A stretch of DNA of 63,936 nt, filler included, from Octopus bimaculoides (lineage: Eukaryota): NCBI RefSeq assembly GCF_001194135.2. It is 5 parts of 4 records of this genome, joined end to end, with 100 filler letters (N's around TTAATTAATTAA, not from the genome) between each part and the next. Parts side by side here need not be neighbours in the genome. Positions count along the whole stretch, not along the records: positions 24,758 to 52,539 come from NC_068989.1; positions 52,640 to 61,854 come from NC_068989.1; positions 61,955 to 63,936 come from NW_026438137.1; 2 more parts are not named here. The stretch is one strand, 5' to 3'. Shown piece by piece: positions 50,906 through 62,979 of this stretch. The translations under genes and the position numbers were made by a program. Within the stretch, counting starts at the first letter, position 1; each line of letters starts with the position of its first letter. The notes under the pieces were generated by a model that was given only the letters and a program-made list of their open reading frames with translations, searched no databases and was not told where the DNA came from.

Positions 50906-52427
50906 TTATTTCACAAACATATTTCAATAAAGTATATCAAGATAAATAACTCTTCCATGCGTTAGGAATTATCTCCCTTGAAGCACTGAGCAAGTATAGC
51001 AGACCACGCAACCACAAAAGCTTAAGATACGTTAGACCAGAGCTTCTCAAAGTTGTGGTCCGCGAACCGGCACCGGTAAGCGGCGAGTTTCCAGAAAAGA
51101 AAGAATCATTATAAAATGCTCATTTAATATTGTATTATTTGTTTATAAAACAAATATAAGATAAAAAAAAATGTCAACTTTTATTATATTCATTATACAT
51201 AGTTTCCGGTATAAGGGCCGGCCAACACCAGGTTCTAAACAATTTTTATTTACAAATAAAAGTGGAGTTACAAGACACGGGTTTTGTAGAGGAAAGGGTG
51301 ACGCTGTGTAGCATATTAATTTACCATTTTATCAACACCTTAGAGTTGTTAATGCCAAAGGAATTTAAGCCTAGAATTGAGAAATGACAAGTCTTAATTT
51401 TTTTTCATTGGCATAATGACGTGAATTTATAAGAATAGAGGTGTCCTCGGAGGTCCTTCGGAGATAGTATCGCCAAAGTGAAAATGAAAATCGGCAATTT
51501 CGTAAAAGTTTTTTTTATATATATATATATATATATACAAACATACATATATTTAAACAATAGGTAAACATAGGCGGTCCACATTCGCATACCCATTGTC
51601 TTTTATGTCCACGAACGAGTTGATGAAATACACTCTCGAATACACACTTAGGATTGCCGGTTTTTCTTATGTTTGATACCGGCTTTCATTACCTGCAAGC
51701 AAGGTTCGAAACCCGATTATCGAAGAACGAAATAAAACTAAATAAAGTCTCTGCCGTTTTAGTTAACTATGCTGTCGAAGTCTCTTTAACATGGCTTGAA
51801 TTCAGCCCCGTAAAAATGACAAGATTTTAGAAACCAGCAAATATTTATTGTATGTTGTCTCAGTTAATTATCATGTAGAACTTTAATTGAACATTACCTG
51901 AAGTCTACCTGTGAAAATATCAAGACTAAAGACTAATTATATTCAGTCCCGGCACTGTAATGGGTCTACCAACTCACCACACCGTCTCTCTCTCTTTTTC
52001 TCGTCCTCTCTCTCTCTAATATACACACAAAGTTATTAATAACAACATCATAAATGAGCAATATGGTACTAAACAACAAGGGTGTTTCCAAAATAACAAA
52101 TAAGAGCAAATATTAACTTACTGCCAATAAGTAAAATATCTGTTCGGCATTACAGAAGTAATTAGAGTCCGGGAAAATAAAAGAACACAACAACCGCGTT
52201 TAACATGACATGTTGGTTTGTTTACGCAACACGTGTTATACTTGTCAAAAAGGACGAGACACGACAAGGCGACCACTCTGACACAGAGGACGTAAAGAGA
52301 ATTACTCCTAAATATACTATCTTCTATCTAATAGCTTTTGCTTTTTTTTTTTCGGTCATTGGACTGAGGCCATGCTGGAGCACTGCCTTGAAGGGTTTTG
52401 TCGAACATATCGCCCTCATTATTATTA

Positions 52428-52477
<50 letters not shown>

Positions 52478-52539
52478 GTTATTATTATTATTATTATTAT
52501 TATTAAACCAGAATTAATTATTATTATTATTATTAAACC

Positions 52540-52639
52540 NNNNNNNNNNNNNNNNNNNNNNNNNNNNNNNNNNNNNNNNNNNNTTAATTAATTAANNNNN
52601 NNNNNNNNNNNNNNNNNNNNNNNNNNNNNNNNNNNNNNN
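52540..52639. other. Artificial assembly spacer 44N-TTAATTAATTAA-44N
   Basis: Same 100-bp structure. Confidence 0.95.
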
Positions 52640-52779
52640 CTCTTTCTGTCTCTCTCTTTCTCTCTTTCTCTCTCTGTGAAAGTATCTGTCATTACAGTAT
52701 CGAAATGTGATTGTTTCAGTTAGTGGAATAGTTTCATTTTTAAAGTGAAAGTATTTGACATGAGTGTTTTTGTTTCACT

Positions 52780-53001
52780 TTTGACACGTAATACTTAAAT
52801 AGTGGAGGAGATATTATGTTGCCGTGGGCTCGAACTCTGCAAGAAGTTAAAACTTTTTTTGACTAAAACACAACTGGAACCCTAAGTAAGGCATGTGTAA
52901 AATTTGAATGAAATTGGTTGCGTAGTTCTCGAGTTTTAGGGATTCACACAGACAGACAGACAGACACACACACACACATTCTCATTTTTATATATATAGA
53001 T
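52780..53001 (+). mobile_element. Non-autonomous Helitron-like (Lep1/DINE-type) element 3' part
   Basis: AAATTTGAATGAAATTGGTTGCGTAGTTCTCGAGTTTTAGGG..(ACAG)n..TTTTATATATATAGAT ending, typical of such elements. Recognised from memory. Confidence 0.55.
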
Positions 53002-53399
53002 GTCTAAGACCTATCAAAACTTAAACAAAGTAACATAAAAAAGAAACATTAACATACTAATGTATATCCTGAAAAATACGATAAAGATTCACCTTGAATA
53101 TTACACTTTTATAATGAATCCTGTTTGTACTCGTTCAATCCACACATGCTTAATTCAGCTCCTTCGTTGACCTTCTATACTTTGCTAAATGCCACGACTC
53201 ACGTGACCATCTGGATAGATCACAGAACACAAAAATATCAAACTTCCCACAGTAAAAATATTATATCTCTCCTTTATGTTTTACGATGCATCTGACTGCT
53301 GATATTTCTTATAATTGAAATTCACGTACATTAAACTTGGACAAGTTTTTGAATCCTAAGTGATTAAGCATTGATTATTCTTTAAACTTATCTAGAGAC

Positions 53400-53570
53400 G
53401 CGTAAACTAGCTGCACTTAATGTAGAAACTTACAGCTCTTGTGGAAGCTAGCTGCACTTGTAGAAGTTACCTGCACTTGAGGTAGAAGCTAGCTGCATTT
53501 GTATAAGTCAACCACAATTGTAGAAGCTAGCTGCTTTTGATATAGAAGCTAGCTGCACTTGTTATAGAAC
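53400..53570. repeat. ~20-bp degenerate minisatellite (TAGAAGCTAGCTGCACTTG)
   Basis: About 8-9 adjacent variants. Confidence 0.8.
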
Positions 53571-54439
53571 TCAAGTGCATTCGTTGTGTCGCATGATGAT
53601 AGAAGGTAACACCTCGTTGTTGTATATCATTATTTCAAACTTTTCTCCAAAATCTGCAACAGGAATGGTAATTCCATTTCTTGCAGAACGATGTCTGATT
53701 TCCGTACGCTTGCAAAAAGAATTTTTTTCCTTTCGAAGTTCTTTATATAGAAACTTTGGAAGATGAAATATTTCTAAAAGCATTAAGATAACTTAAACAA
53801 ACCTTCAAAGAACAATAAAATGGTTTGACTTGGAATTTTAGAGACTATCTACTTTGTATCTTGTATACAAGATATGTATATATTCATGCTTGTGTGCAGT
53901 ATGTACAGCTTGGCACCAGCTATATTTGTACGAACTATTGTTAAACATAATGAAATGCAAAAAGAAATATATTTATCTTTACTCTTAATACTTTTTCTTG
54001 TTTACAAAATTGCAAGATTATTTCTAAGTTCTCTGGGACACGGATAAATAGAAAATGAAAGAAATATATAAGCAATACAAAAAATATACCTTCATTTAAA
54101 AAAAAATCCTAATAAACTCACCTAACTGATATTATTTTTTTTTTTGTTTTCAGCTTTTCCTAAATGATTTTAAGCATACATTCTTCTTTCTTTATCTGCT
54201 TTTTCTTTTTGGGGTCTTTTTGTATTTTTCTTAAACCAAATAGTTTACAAACTATTTCTGTAAGTAAAACATTAAGATTCTGAAGATATTTTTCTATTTA
54301 AAAAAACAATTGTTACGTTGCTGATAGGTTCCGAACTCACACAAGGTCGTCAGAATTTTATTCCTGTTTCTTTCCTTCCCAATGAAAAGACATGTTCATG
54401 CTTTGCAGCATGCTAACAACATTAATATATGTAATACCG

Positions 54440-54645
54440 AGCAGGCGGAATCGTTAGCATGTCGAATAAAATGCTTAGTGGCATTTCGTTCATCTTACGT
54501 TCTGAGTTCAAAATCCGCCGACGTTGACTTTGCCTTTCATCCTCTCGGGATTGATAAAATAAGAACCATTTGAGTACTGGGGTCGATGTAATCGACTTAC
54601 CTACTCTCTCGAAATTGCTGGCCTTGTGCCAAAATTTGAAACCAA
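54440..54645 (+). mobile_element. SINE family A
   Basis: Full family A match. Confidence 0.85.
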
Positions 54646-56269
54646 TATGTATTATAAAACCAGGGTAAAAGAAATATTTTAAAACAGCCATAACTGAACA
54701 AGACATCTTCAGCATTGGCCTGCTCATAATGAAGTCGTGTTGCAGCTTACATTAAGTGGTAGATGACTGAGTCCCATTTACATACATATGACCCTTTGTA
54801 GCGTCGTCAAGGTTTGTTAATGTCAGCGCTTTGAACCAAGTTATCAATAACTTTACAACTAGAATTTTCATCAAAATTGTCAACTCCCTAAATTAGATCC
54901 ATGTTATTTGCTGGGTTTTGTATCCTTGGAATATTTATTAAAACTTAGATCCTAAGCAACGAAGTTTTGATTTTTATTTTACTGTGTTCTTCCACAAACA
55001 CTTCGACAGGTTTACCATTTTCAGATATTAGTCAAAGCTTAGCTGTTACCGCCTTTAGTCTTCTTTGCTCTCTTCCTCGCCACAGTAGTGAGTACTTGTT
55101 CAATAAATCTATTTAATTGTTTAGTTCAGCTTCTTCGCCGGACCCCCAACCTCACAAAATAGCCTGATGCACGCGACCTATGAATTCGATCACATGACAC
55201 AATAAGTTCTCTCAATAGGAGTGTTATAATCTTCCTTCCCAACTCTCAGCCTAAAGTGTACATGGTTTCAACATCAAAAAAATAACATACAAATATAACT
55301 ACTACCAGCATAAACTGACGTAGCTATAGTTGTCGGTTTAAGTTCTCTTGACAGGTTCCTTATTTGAGATTGCAATACTATTGGGTTTCAGGCTGGCCAA
55401 AGCCTTGTAACTGAAATTTGGTAAACTGAAGCTATGAGAAAATCAGTCAAATGAATAGTTCTTGTTTTGGAGTGATGCACTTAACCTGTCATTCAGTTTA
55501 AAACAACCTTTTGACCATTAGAGTTCTTCAATGGTATCCACTCCGATGTAAACTTCAAAACCAAATCTTAGGTTTGGGGATATCCGCTTCTCTTCTCATC
55601 ATTAATCTAGGAAGCCCTAACATGTGTCAAGGACACTACTCTTCCTTCTCTGGCAATCAGTGCTCCTATATTAAGGGACGACCTGGGATTAAACAGCAAC
55701 AGCGATATTATTAACATCAATGCTTGTATCAACATCCTCTACAATAACTACGACGACTTGAAAGAAACATACAAAAATGCTTTGAATTTTTGCATTGGTT
55801 AATTAAATACCGATAATGAACTAGTTAATGAAATACAAACAACAACAAAATCAAGACGAGGTCAAACATTATGACATGGCCGCTCTCCGTTGTTGATAGT
55901 TAGCATACTGATAGCAATTTAGCAATTTCTCGCATTAATCGTTGCTTGTAAACATTAATAATTAAATAAATAAATTATTAAATCATTGTCTATTAATCTA
56001 TTTACATTTGCTAGGAAACCTTGGAGACTGTAGAATTTATTCATTATCAACCACTATGGCTGCCATTGAGATAATGATTTATAATATTGGAATAAACGAT
56101 TTCTGGTTTGTATTACCGGTGGCGGCGACATCGACGGCGGTAGTAGTGAGGTAGAGAATCGATATAATACACGGTATGGACCCTCAGTACATAACTGGTG
56201 CCTATGTTCATTATAAGGTAACTGGTGCTCCACAAAAGCAAGCACAATAATTTCTTCTTATTATTATTA

Positions 56270-56440
56270 TTATTAATATTAATATTTTTCCTCATCTTGT
56301 TTGTTGTTAGCACAACGTTTCGGCTGATATACTTTCTAGCCTTCATCAGATGTAATTATTATTATTATTATTCTAGTCACAGCCTGGAATCGAACTCGGA
56401 ATCTTGGGGTTAGTAGCTCGCGCTCTTAACCACTACGCCA
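56270..56440 (-). mobile_element. tRNA-headed SINE with hammerhead-like tail (same family as 7560-8000)
   Basis: A-box TGGCGTAGTGG 56440-56430, B-box GTTCGATTC 56395-56387, (AAT)n, then CTGATGA-A-GGCT..AGCC-GAAACGTTGTG and the shared tail AACAACAAACAAGATGAGG. Confidence 0.82.
56308..56353 (-). ncRNA. Minimal type I hammerhead motif (Penelope-type)
   Basis: CAU-CUGAUGA-A-GGCU(loop)AGCC-GAAA-CG-U-U-GUG. Intact core and stem II, 3-bp stem I. Confidence 0.62.
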
Positions 56441-56456
56441 GAGTGAATTTTAGGGC

Positions 56457-56783
56457 TTATAAATCTAATAGTTTCCTATTCTTCCTTAATACCAGTTCCC
56501 ATATGCTGCTCATATCTGCACTCGGTCTGGTTAGGAGGTTGTTGTGTCCTAGCATATGAGCTGCCTCTTTTAGTTTTCGTATTTTCTTGTGGTGTTCTCT
56601 GTCTATTATTTTAACTTCATCCCATATATGATCAGCTAAACCCGATCTATCAATATCTCCGCGTGTCACAGCTTTGCGATGTTCCTCTACCCTTATTTTG
56701 AGGTGGCGACATGTTTCGCCTTTGTATAAGTACCAAACACTAACATTGTAATAGTCGGTGAACACCAAACACCTTTCTGCCAT
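56457..56783 (-). mobile_element. Penelope-like element GIY-YIG endonuclease C-terminal fragment
   Basis: YKGETCRHLKIRVEEHRKAVTRGDIDRSGLADHIWDEVKIIDREHHKKIRKLKEAAHM fits the PLE endonuclease pattern YIGET.R.L..R..EH...S.LA.H...D.V.I.D.E....R...EA. Confidence 0.85.
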
Positions 56784-56869
56784 AGGCGAGAAATACGAAA
56801 TTGTCTTTGTTTTGTATTCTACAAAAAATTACCAGCGAGAATTATTTGTATTCAGTCATTATTCTTTTA

Positions 56870-57265
56870 TCATTTTACCTGTTTCAGGCATTTGACTGCA
56901 ACCATGCTGGAGCATTGCCTTGAAAGGTTTTAGTCGAACAATCGACACCAGAACTTATTTCTTAATCCTTGTACTTATTTTATCGGTCTTTTTTGCCGAA
57001 CCGCTACTTTACAGGAACGTAAACGTAAACATACCAACACCGTTTGTCAAAAGGGGACAAACACAGACACAAAGACGCACGCGCGCGCACATATACACAC
57101 ATATACGGTGGGTTTCTTTCAGTTTCCGTCTATTAAATACGTTCACAAGGCTTTAGTCGGCTCGTGGCTATAGTAGAAAACACTTATCCAAGGTGCTACG
57201 CAATGGGACTGAACCCGAGACCATGTGATTGAGAAGCAAGCTTCTTACCACACAGCCACGCTTGC
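56870..57265 (-). mobile_element. SINE family B
   Basis: Near full-length family B. Confidence 0.85.
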
Positions 57266-58354
57266 ACCTATTTGAAATTGAAGAAGTGTCTACAATACTT
57301 TTTAAAGGATAAAACGGAGTTAATTTCTTACAACGCCAATACGCCACAACCATCTTGTTGCTATATCATAGTGAAAATATCGGGGAATATGACAGCAAGG
57401 TAATATGACAATTAAGGCGGAGACCCTCGCTGTTATAATGTATGCATACAGTACAGCGGAGGGAAACGTCTTCCAGATCAATTCCCTAAGACAGAGATAG
57501 TATCTGGCGTAAGTTCTTCATAAAACACATCAAATCAGACAAGTGTTTACCTGAGAGAGGTTGTAAAGCAAACAAATTCCTTCTTATGAAATATAGCTTG
57601 CAATCTCATATCCTTTGAAAGGTTTCGAGATTGCAAGAACAGTTTGAAATGAGTCTATATTTGACAGGTTTTCAAACTGGTACATATTTAATACTAACCT
57701 AAAGAACTACTAGCATATGCATCGGTATTTATTTCAGCATTAGTTGGTTGTATTTTCAAGTATTCAGACCCAACGAAAACTTGGTTTTATACAATATTTC
57801 CAGATTGTCTGTCGTTATTAAGTTAAACTTGTAACATGATTGATATGGCTTGAACTAGTAAGATCCCTGTCGTTTCACGTGATTGGTCGATTAACCGATC
57901 AATCAGCGTCAAGCCATCACGTGATTCGACTTTCTAGAACTTTCTCATAAAAAGATGTGGGAATTTTGCAGCAACGCCAGAATGTTGATATAGCCGCTTG
58001 ACATCTCCATTATCATGGCAGTTTACAAGACACAGATTTTGTTATCATGAATATATCGTGATTATTTTCCAGTTGTGACGGGCCAACCACAGATTGACAT
58101 ACACCAGCTAAATTATTGTAGGTCTCACAGTAGTATGTTTCTCCTGATGTGTAATTGTCGCTATTATTTTTCATCCAAAGACCAACTCAGAAACACTATG
58201 TGCTATAAATAAAGCTTCTGTTCATTGCTCGCGAGTGTTGATAATCATTTTTAAACGCAGCCCTAGAAAGATATTTTCGTTTTCCACCAACATCAAATTC
58301 CCAAGCACAACATCATTCCGCCGGCTCCTTTTACATTTCTAGCTAAGAAAGCAA

Positions 58355-58445
58355 TGGCAACTTGTTACGGATTCTGTTGGAAGAGAATATTTCACGTATT
58401 ATGGGGTGAAATTAGGCAACCATGATAAACAATGGGCCCCTAACT
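58355..58445 (+). mobile_element. DNA transposase N-terminal remnant, Chapaev3-like (CMC)
   Basis: VTDSVGREYFTYYGVKLGNHDKQWAP resembles the recalled motif ITDFVKRAYFAYFGVKLGDQDKSWAP. The family name is from memory. Confidence 0.5.
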
Positions 58446-58989
58446 CTTAACAAACTTGCATCATAACTCTGGGATTAAAGAAGAAGAATGAGCTTGGTTG
58501 TTTCAATGATTTGGAGAAAAATGACAAACCATCCAGATTTCTATTTTTGTATGGTTAATATCTCTGAGCATAGATTCAAAACCATATCAAAGATAGATTA
58601 CTCATACTTTCCCTCGGTCATGAAATTTGTACTTCACTGTGCTCAACAGCCTATTTCTATATCTAATAAATTTAATGAATTAGATGTCATCGACAAAACT
58701 TAGTTCTGCACAAGGGAAGGAATCGGAGATGATGAAACTTACACGCAACATTCAGATTCATGGGTACCTAAGTCCTTCCCTCTTCACTCTGCTAAACTCT
58801 ACCCTTCTGCCAATGCTCTTATCAAAAAAGAACAGGAGAACCAGGAAAGACAAATTTAGGTTTCTATCAAAAAGAGAAAGAAACACTTCTTAAGATAAGT
58901 GAAGGACTGTTTACAGAGTTAGTGGAACCACCTAATGGGTGGAAAAGCAGGACAAAGGTGGAAAAAAAAAGAAATCAAGCTTTGACAGA

Positions 58990-60150
58990 AAGAAACTTCA
59001 TTCAGAGTTTTTCAAAAAGACAAAAGAGATAAGAGATGGGATGGATAGTTGACTCTGGTTAAAGAGAGTAGTGGGAAAAAAAAGAAAAGAAAATATGGAT
59101 GAAATTATTCTAGCAGCACAGCAACAGGTGCTAAGTGGAAACTGGATCACGAGAGTAACAGATCAGAAATTTTGAGCTATCAAATGCAAAATACGTGCCG
59201 ATACAAGTGTCATTAGATCTCACATTATATCGGAATGTCCACAGATAGCTCAGACTAAACGCACTATGTGTAGATATTATAAAGCGGCCAGCTGGCAGAA
59301 TCGTTAGCACGCCGGGTAAAATGCTTAGCGGCATTTCGTCCATCTTTACGTTCTAGGTTGCAATTCCTCTTGGGATCGATAAAATAAGTATCTGTTGAAC
59401 ATCGGGGTCGATGTAATCGACTTAACCCCTACACCGAACTTACTGGCCTTGAGCTAAAATTTGAAATCGGTATGTATAGGTATGAGATTGCGGCAGTAAT
59501 TCACTAGAAATTTTGCAAGAGGCTCGGTTTTGCACACAGAGAAAAGAGCAATGACTATTTTATGCGAACAGAAATGGAAGTCCTCAAAAGCGATGAGATG
59601 ATGTCGTTACGGATTTTTCGTATGCAATTTTTATTGTATCTCGAGAGGTACATTATGCTAATAAGCCTTTCTACAATCGGCACAAATTCTGAAAATTTAG
59701 GGGAGAGATCTAGTAGATTACATCAACCCTAGTAACTTGACTAGTATTTATTTTATCGACCTCGGAATTTGAACTCAGGGCATAAAGATGGACAAAATGC
59801 TGCTGAGCATTTTGTCCGGCAACCTAACGGTTCTGCCAGCTCACCGACTTCATTAAACCAATAATAAACATCAGTATGTGTGTTTATTAGTATCGTAATG
59901 ACTCTCCTGATATTCAACAAAATCTGTTTAAACATACGAGTTCACATCAAGAGTTCTGTAAACCAGGTACAAAAGCGAAATTTCCTTTACAAACCGACAG
60001 GAGAGCAAAATACAAGCCGGATATTGTAGTCGTTGATAAAAAGAAGAGTCTCTTGTTATTGATGAAGCATGCCCCATTTGATGCCAAAATAAAGAGGGGA
60101 AAGAAAAAGAAAAAGTAGAGTGTTGTACCGATTTGAAGTGTAACTTTATA
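58990..60150 (+). mobile_element. Decayed R4/Dong-like LINE 3' half, interrupted by two family A SINEs (59283-59470 +, ~59690-59835 -)
   Basis: KLHSEFFKKTKEIRDGMDS*LWLKR, IILAAQQQVLSGNWI, HIISECPQIAQ, then FPLQTDRRAKYKPDIVVVDKK..VIDEACPFD (REL PD-D motif). Confidence 0.78.
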
Positions 60151-60234
60151 TGGCCAATATTTTCCCGAAATTATCCTCTTACTAAGACGCACAAATCCGG
60201 TTTTGACGGCGTAGCTTTTGTGCATGCAGAAGGT

Positions 60235-60343
60235 GGAAGAAGAAGAAGAAGAAGAAGAAGAAGAAGAAGAAGAAGAAGAAGAAGAAGAAGAAGAAGAAGA
60301 AGAAGAAGAAGAAGAAGAAGAAGAAAACGACGACGACGACGAC

Positions 60344-60375
<32 letters not shown>

Positions 60376-60481
60376 CGATGATGATGGCAGTGAAAAAGAA
60401 TAAAGAGGAAGAGGAAGTTCAAGAGAGCCCCAAAATGTTCATAGCAGTAAAGCTGACAGACAGACAGACAGACAGACAGAC

Positions 60482-60529
<48 letters not shown>

Positions 60530-60530
60530 G

Positions 60531-60580
<50 letters not shown>
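60235..60580. repeat. (GAA)n-(GAC)n-(GAT)n and (GACA)n-(GATA)n microsatellites
   Basis: Direct reading. Source of the poly-E/R/L ORF artefacts. Confidence 0.95.
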
Positions 60581-60581
<1 letters not shown>

Positions 60582-61072
60582 CGGTAAAGATAAAGACAGT
60601 ATTAAATAAAAGGGAAAAGCGCAAACAAATGTTTAAAAGAGCGTGTTGGTAAGTGAGTGTCGGTAAGCGAAACCTTATCAATCAGTGAGACACCTTGTGG
60701 TTATATATTATTTCCAATTCCTCTAGAACCAGCTTCTATCCTTTTCCATCAGTCACATATAACCTTTTATTTACCCCCTGCTATATCTATAACCTTTCAA
60801 CACTTGATTGGCTGCCAAGTTGGATTCTCTATCTCTCTCTTTTTCACTCTCTCTCTCTCTCTCTCCCACTTTCTCTCTCTTTCTCACTCACTCTCTCTCC
60901 CACTTTCTCTTTCTTTCTGTCTCGTCTTTCAATTGTCCTCTCCGGTATCTCTAGATTTACTTTACTACTTTGATGAATGAGCCATGTTACACATTTGGAA
61001 TTCTGTCACAACTGCCATAACTGTTTACCTCCTCATCCTCATCCTCATCTTCATCCGTCTTATTCTTATCAT

Positions 61073-61580
61073 GGCGGCGAATGGCAGAATCGTTAGCATG
61101 CAGGGCAAAATGCTTAGTGGCATTTCGTTCATCTGCGCGTTCTGAGTTCTAATCCCGCCAAGGTTGACTTTGCCTTTCATCCTTTTGAGGTCGATAAATT
61201 AAATACCAGTTGAGCAATGGGGTCGGTGTAATCGTCTAGTCCCCTCCCCACAAACTTCAGGCCTTGTGCCTTTAGTAGAAAGGATTATTATTATCATCAA
61301 TATTAGGATGGTGAGCTGACAGAATCGTTAGCACAGTGGACGAAACGCTTAACGGTATTTCGCCCGTTGCTATGTTCTGAGTTCAAATTCCGCCGAGGTC
61401 GATTTTGTCTTTCATCCCTTCAGGGTCGATAAATTAAGTACCAGTGAAACACTAGGATCGATGTAATCGACTCATCCCTTCTCCCAAAACTGATGCACTT
61501 GTGACAAAATATGAAACCATTTAAGGCGGCAAGCTGGCAGAATCGTTAACAAGCCGAGTGAAATGCTTAGCGGTATTTCG
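61073..61580 (+). mobile_element. Cluster of SINE family A copies (two full, one head)
   Basis: Heads at ~61073, ~61308 and ~61525. Confidence 0.85.
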
Positions 61581-61854
61581 ACTGTGTGACACCGATTGAG
61601 GTGCTTAGCGGTGTAGCGGCTCCGTGAGTTTGTATCTATTAGTAATTATTTGAGTGCGTTTGTATAGTAAGTGCAAGTTTCTATTGACTGTTCTTGTGTT
61701 ATTTCCTGTTATAATTATTTGTGTGATAGTCTTCGTTCGAAAACTATCGTGTGTTCTCTCCTGTGGGGGAGACATTAACCGCTGGCAAGATGCCGAATAG
61801 TGTATCTTCGTCTGGCAAAGAGTCAACCGATGGAAAAAATATTGAAAGTTTATT

Positions 61855-61954
61855 NNNNNNNNNNNNNNNNNNNNNNNNNNNNNNNNNNNNNNNNNNNNTT
61901 AATTAATTAANNNNNNNNNNNNNNNNNNNNNNNNNNNNNNNNNNNNNNNNNNNN
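61855..61954. other. Artificial assembly spacer 44N-TTAATTAATTAA-44N
   Basis: Same 100-bp structure. Confidence 0.95.
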
Positions 61955-62979
61955 CTATTCTTATTCTAGCAGCTACACTTTCAGCGCACCCACCCCCACT
62001 ATTAGTGCACCTGGAATTATATAGTTACTAAACAAACTTATTAAGAGTTTTATCAAATTAATCAATGGAAAATATTGATAAATGAAAATTAAATATTCCA
62101 CCTTGATAAAAAGAGTAGCATTTGTACTAATACTACCATTCACACTAATACAACTATCAGTGCATTTAACAAGACACAGTTTCAGCTCATCTGAGGTTAC
62201 TAGGATATGTCATGCCTCATTGNNNNNNNNNNTGAGGTAAGCTAAACAACTGTTTTCTAGATACATGAGAGTATCATTAGTAAATAATCTATCTAAGGTC
62301 AAGAAACAGATTTGAAAATTAAGCAACCTGTAACTGGTCAAAAGTTAAATACTACTCTAATAATACTTTCAAGGCACATTTTCTTGGCATATTTAATGAC
62401 ATGTCAGTCCCAATGAAAGGCATTNNNNNNNNNNTCCCATCTCTTTATGGTTAGGTTAAGACAATGGTATCAAGGTAGATATAGTTGTCATTTCAGTCAA
62501 ATCAAGTGACTGACTACTTAGTAGCTCCCTGTTAGCTTGTACAATCTTATCTAGTTTAAAGTACATTTTAAACACGAGAAGGGGAAGGTGACAAAATAAC
62601 AACTGTAAAATAGTAGATTAGTTGTATCCTATTCCAAACACCTGAACCAAACAAAGACTTGTGAGTGGATTTGATACACAGAAACAAAAGAAGCTTGTTA
62701 TACATATATACTTATACGTGTGTGCCATGTGTGTTTCTTTATGTCATGAGAACTTGTTCAAAAGGTAGTATGAAAGATTAAAAGAAGGTATCCAATTTTT
62801 ATGAATTTGATACCTTGGGGGCAGAAGGACAGCTACAGAGGATGACCAAATCCCTGTCAGTGGTGTAAAATATTGTAATTTCAGCAAAAAATGTTTTATT
62901 GGCCAATTAGTGATAATAATGGTATCATAAAAGAAATGACTGTCTCACATGTAGCTAAGAATCATCAAAAGAAGGTGAC

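Noticed and set aside
53571-53783. 70-aa minus-strand ORF with protein-like composition
   Set aside because: No recognisable motif or splice boundaries; starts within AT-rich sequence.
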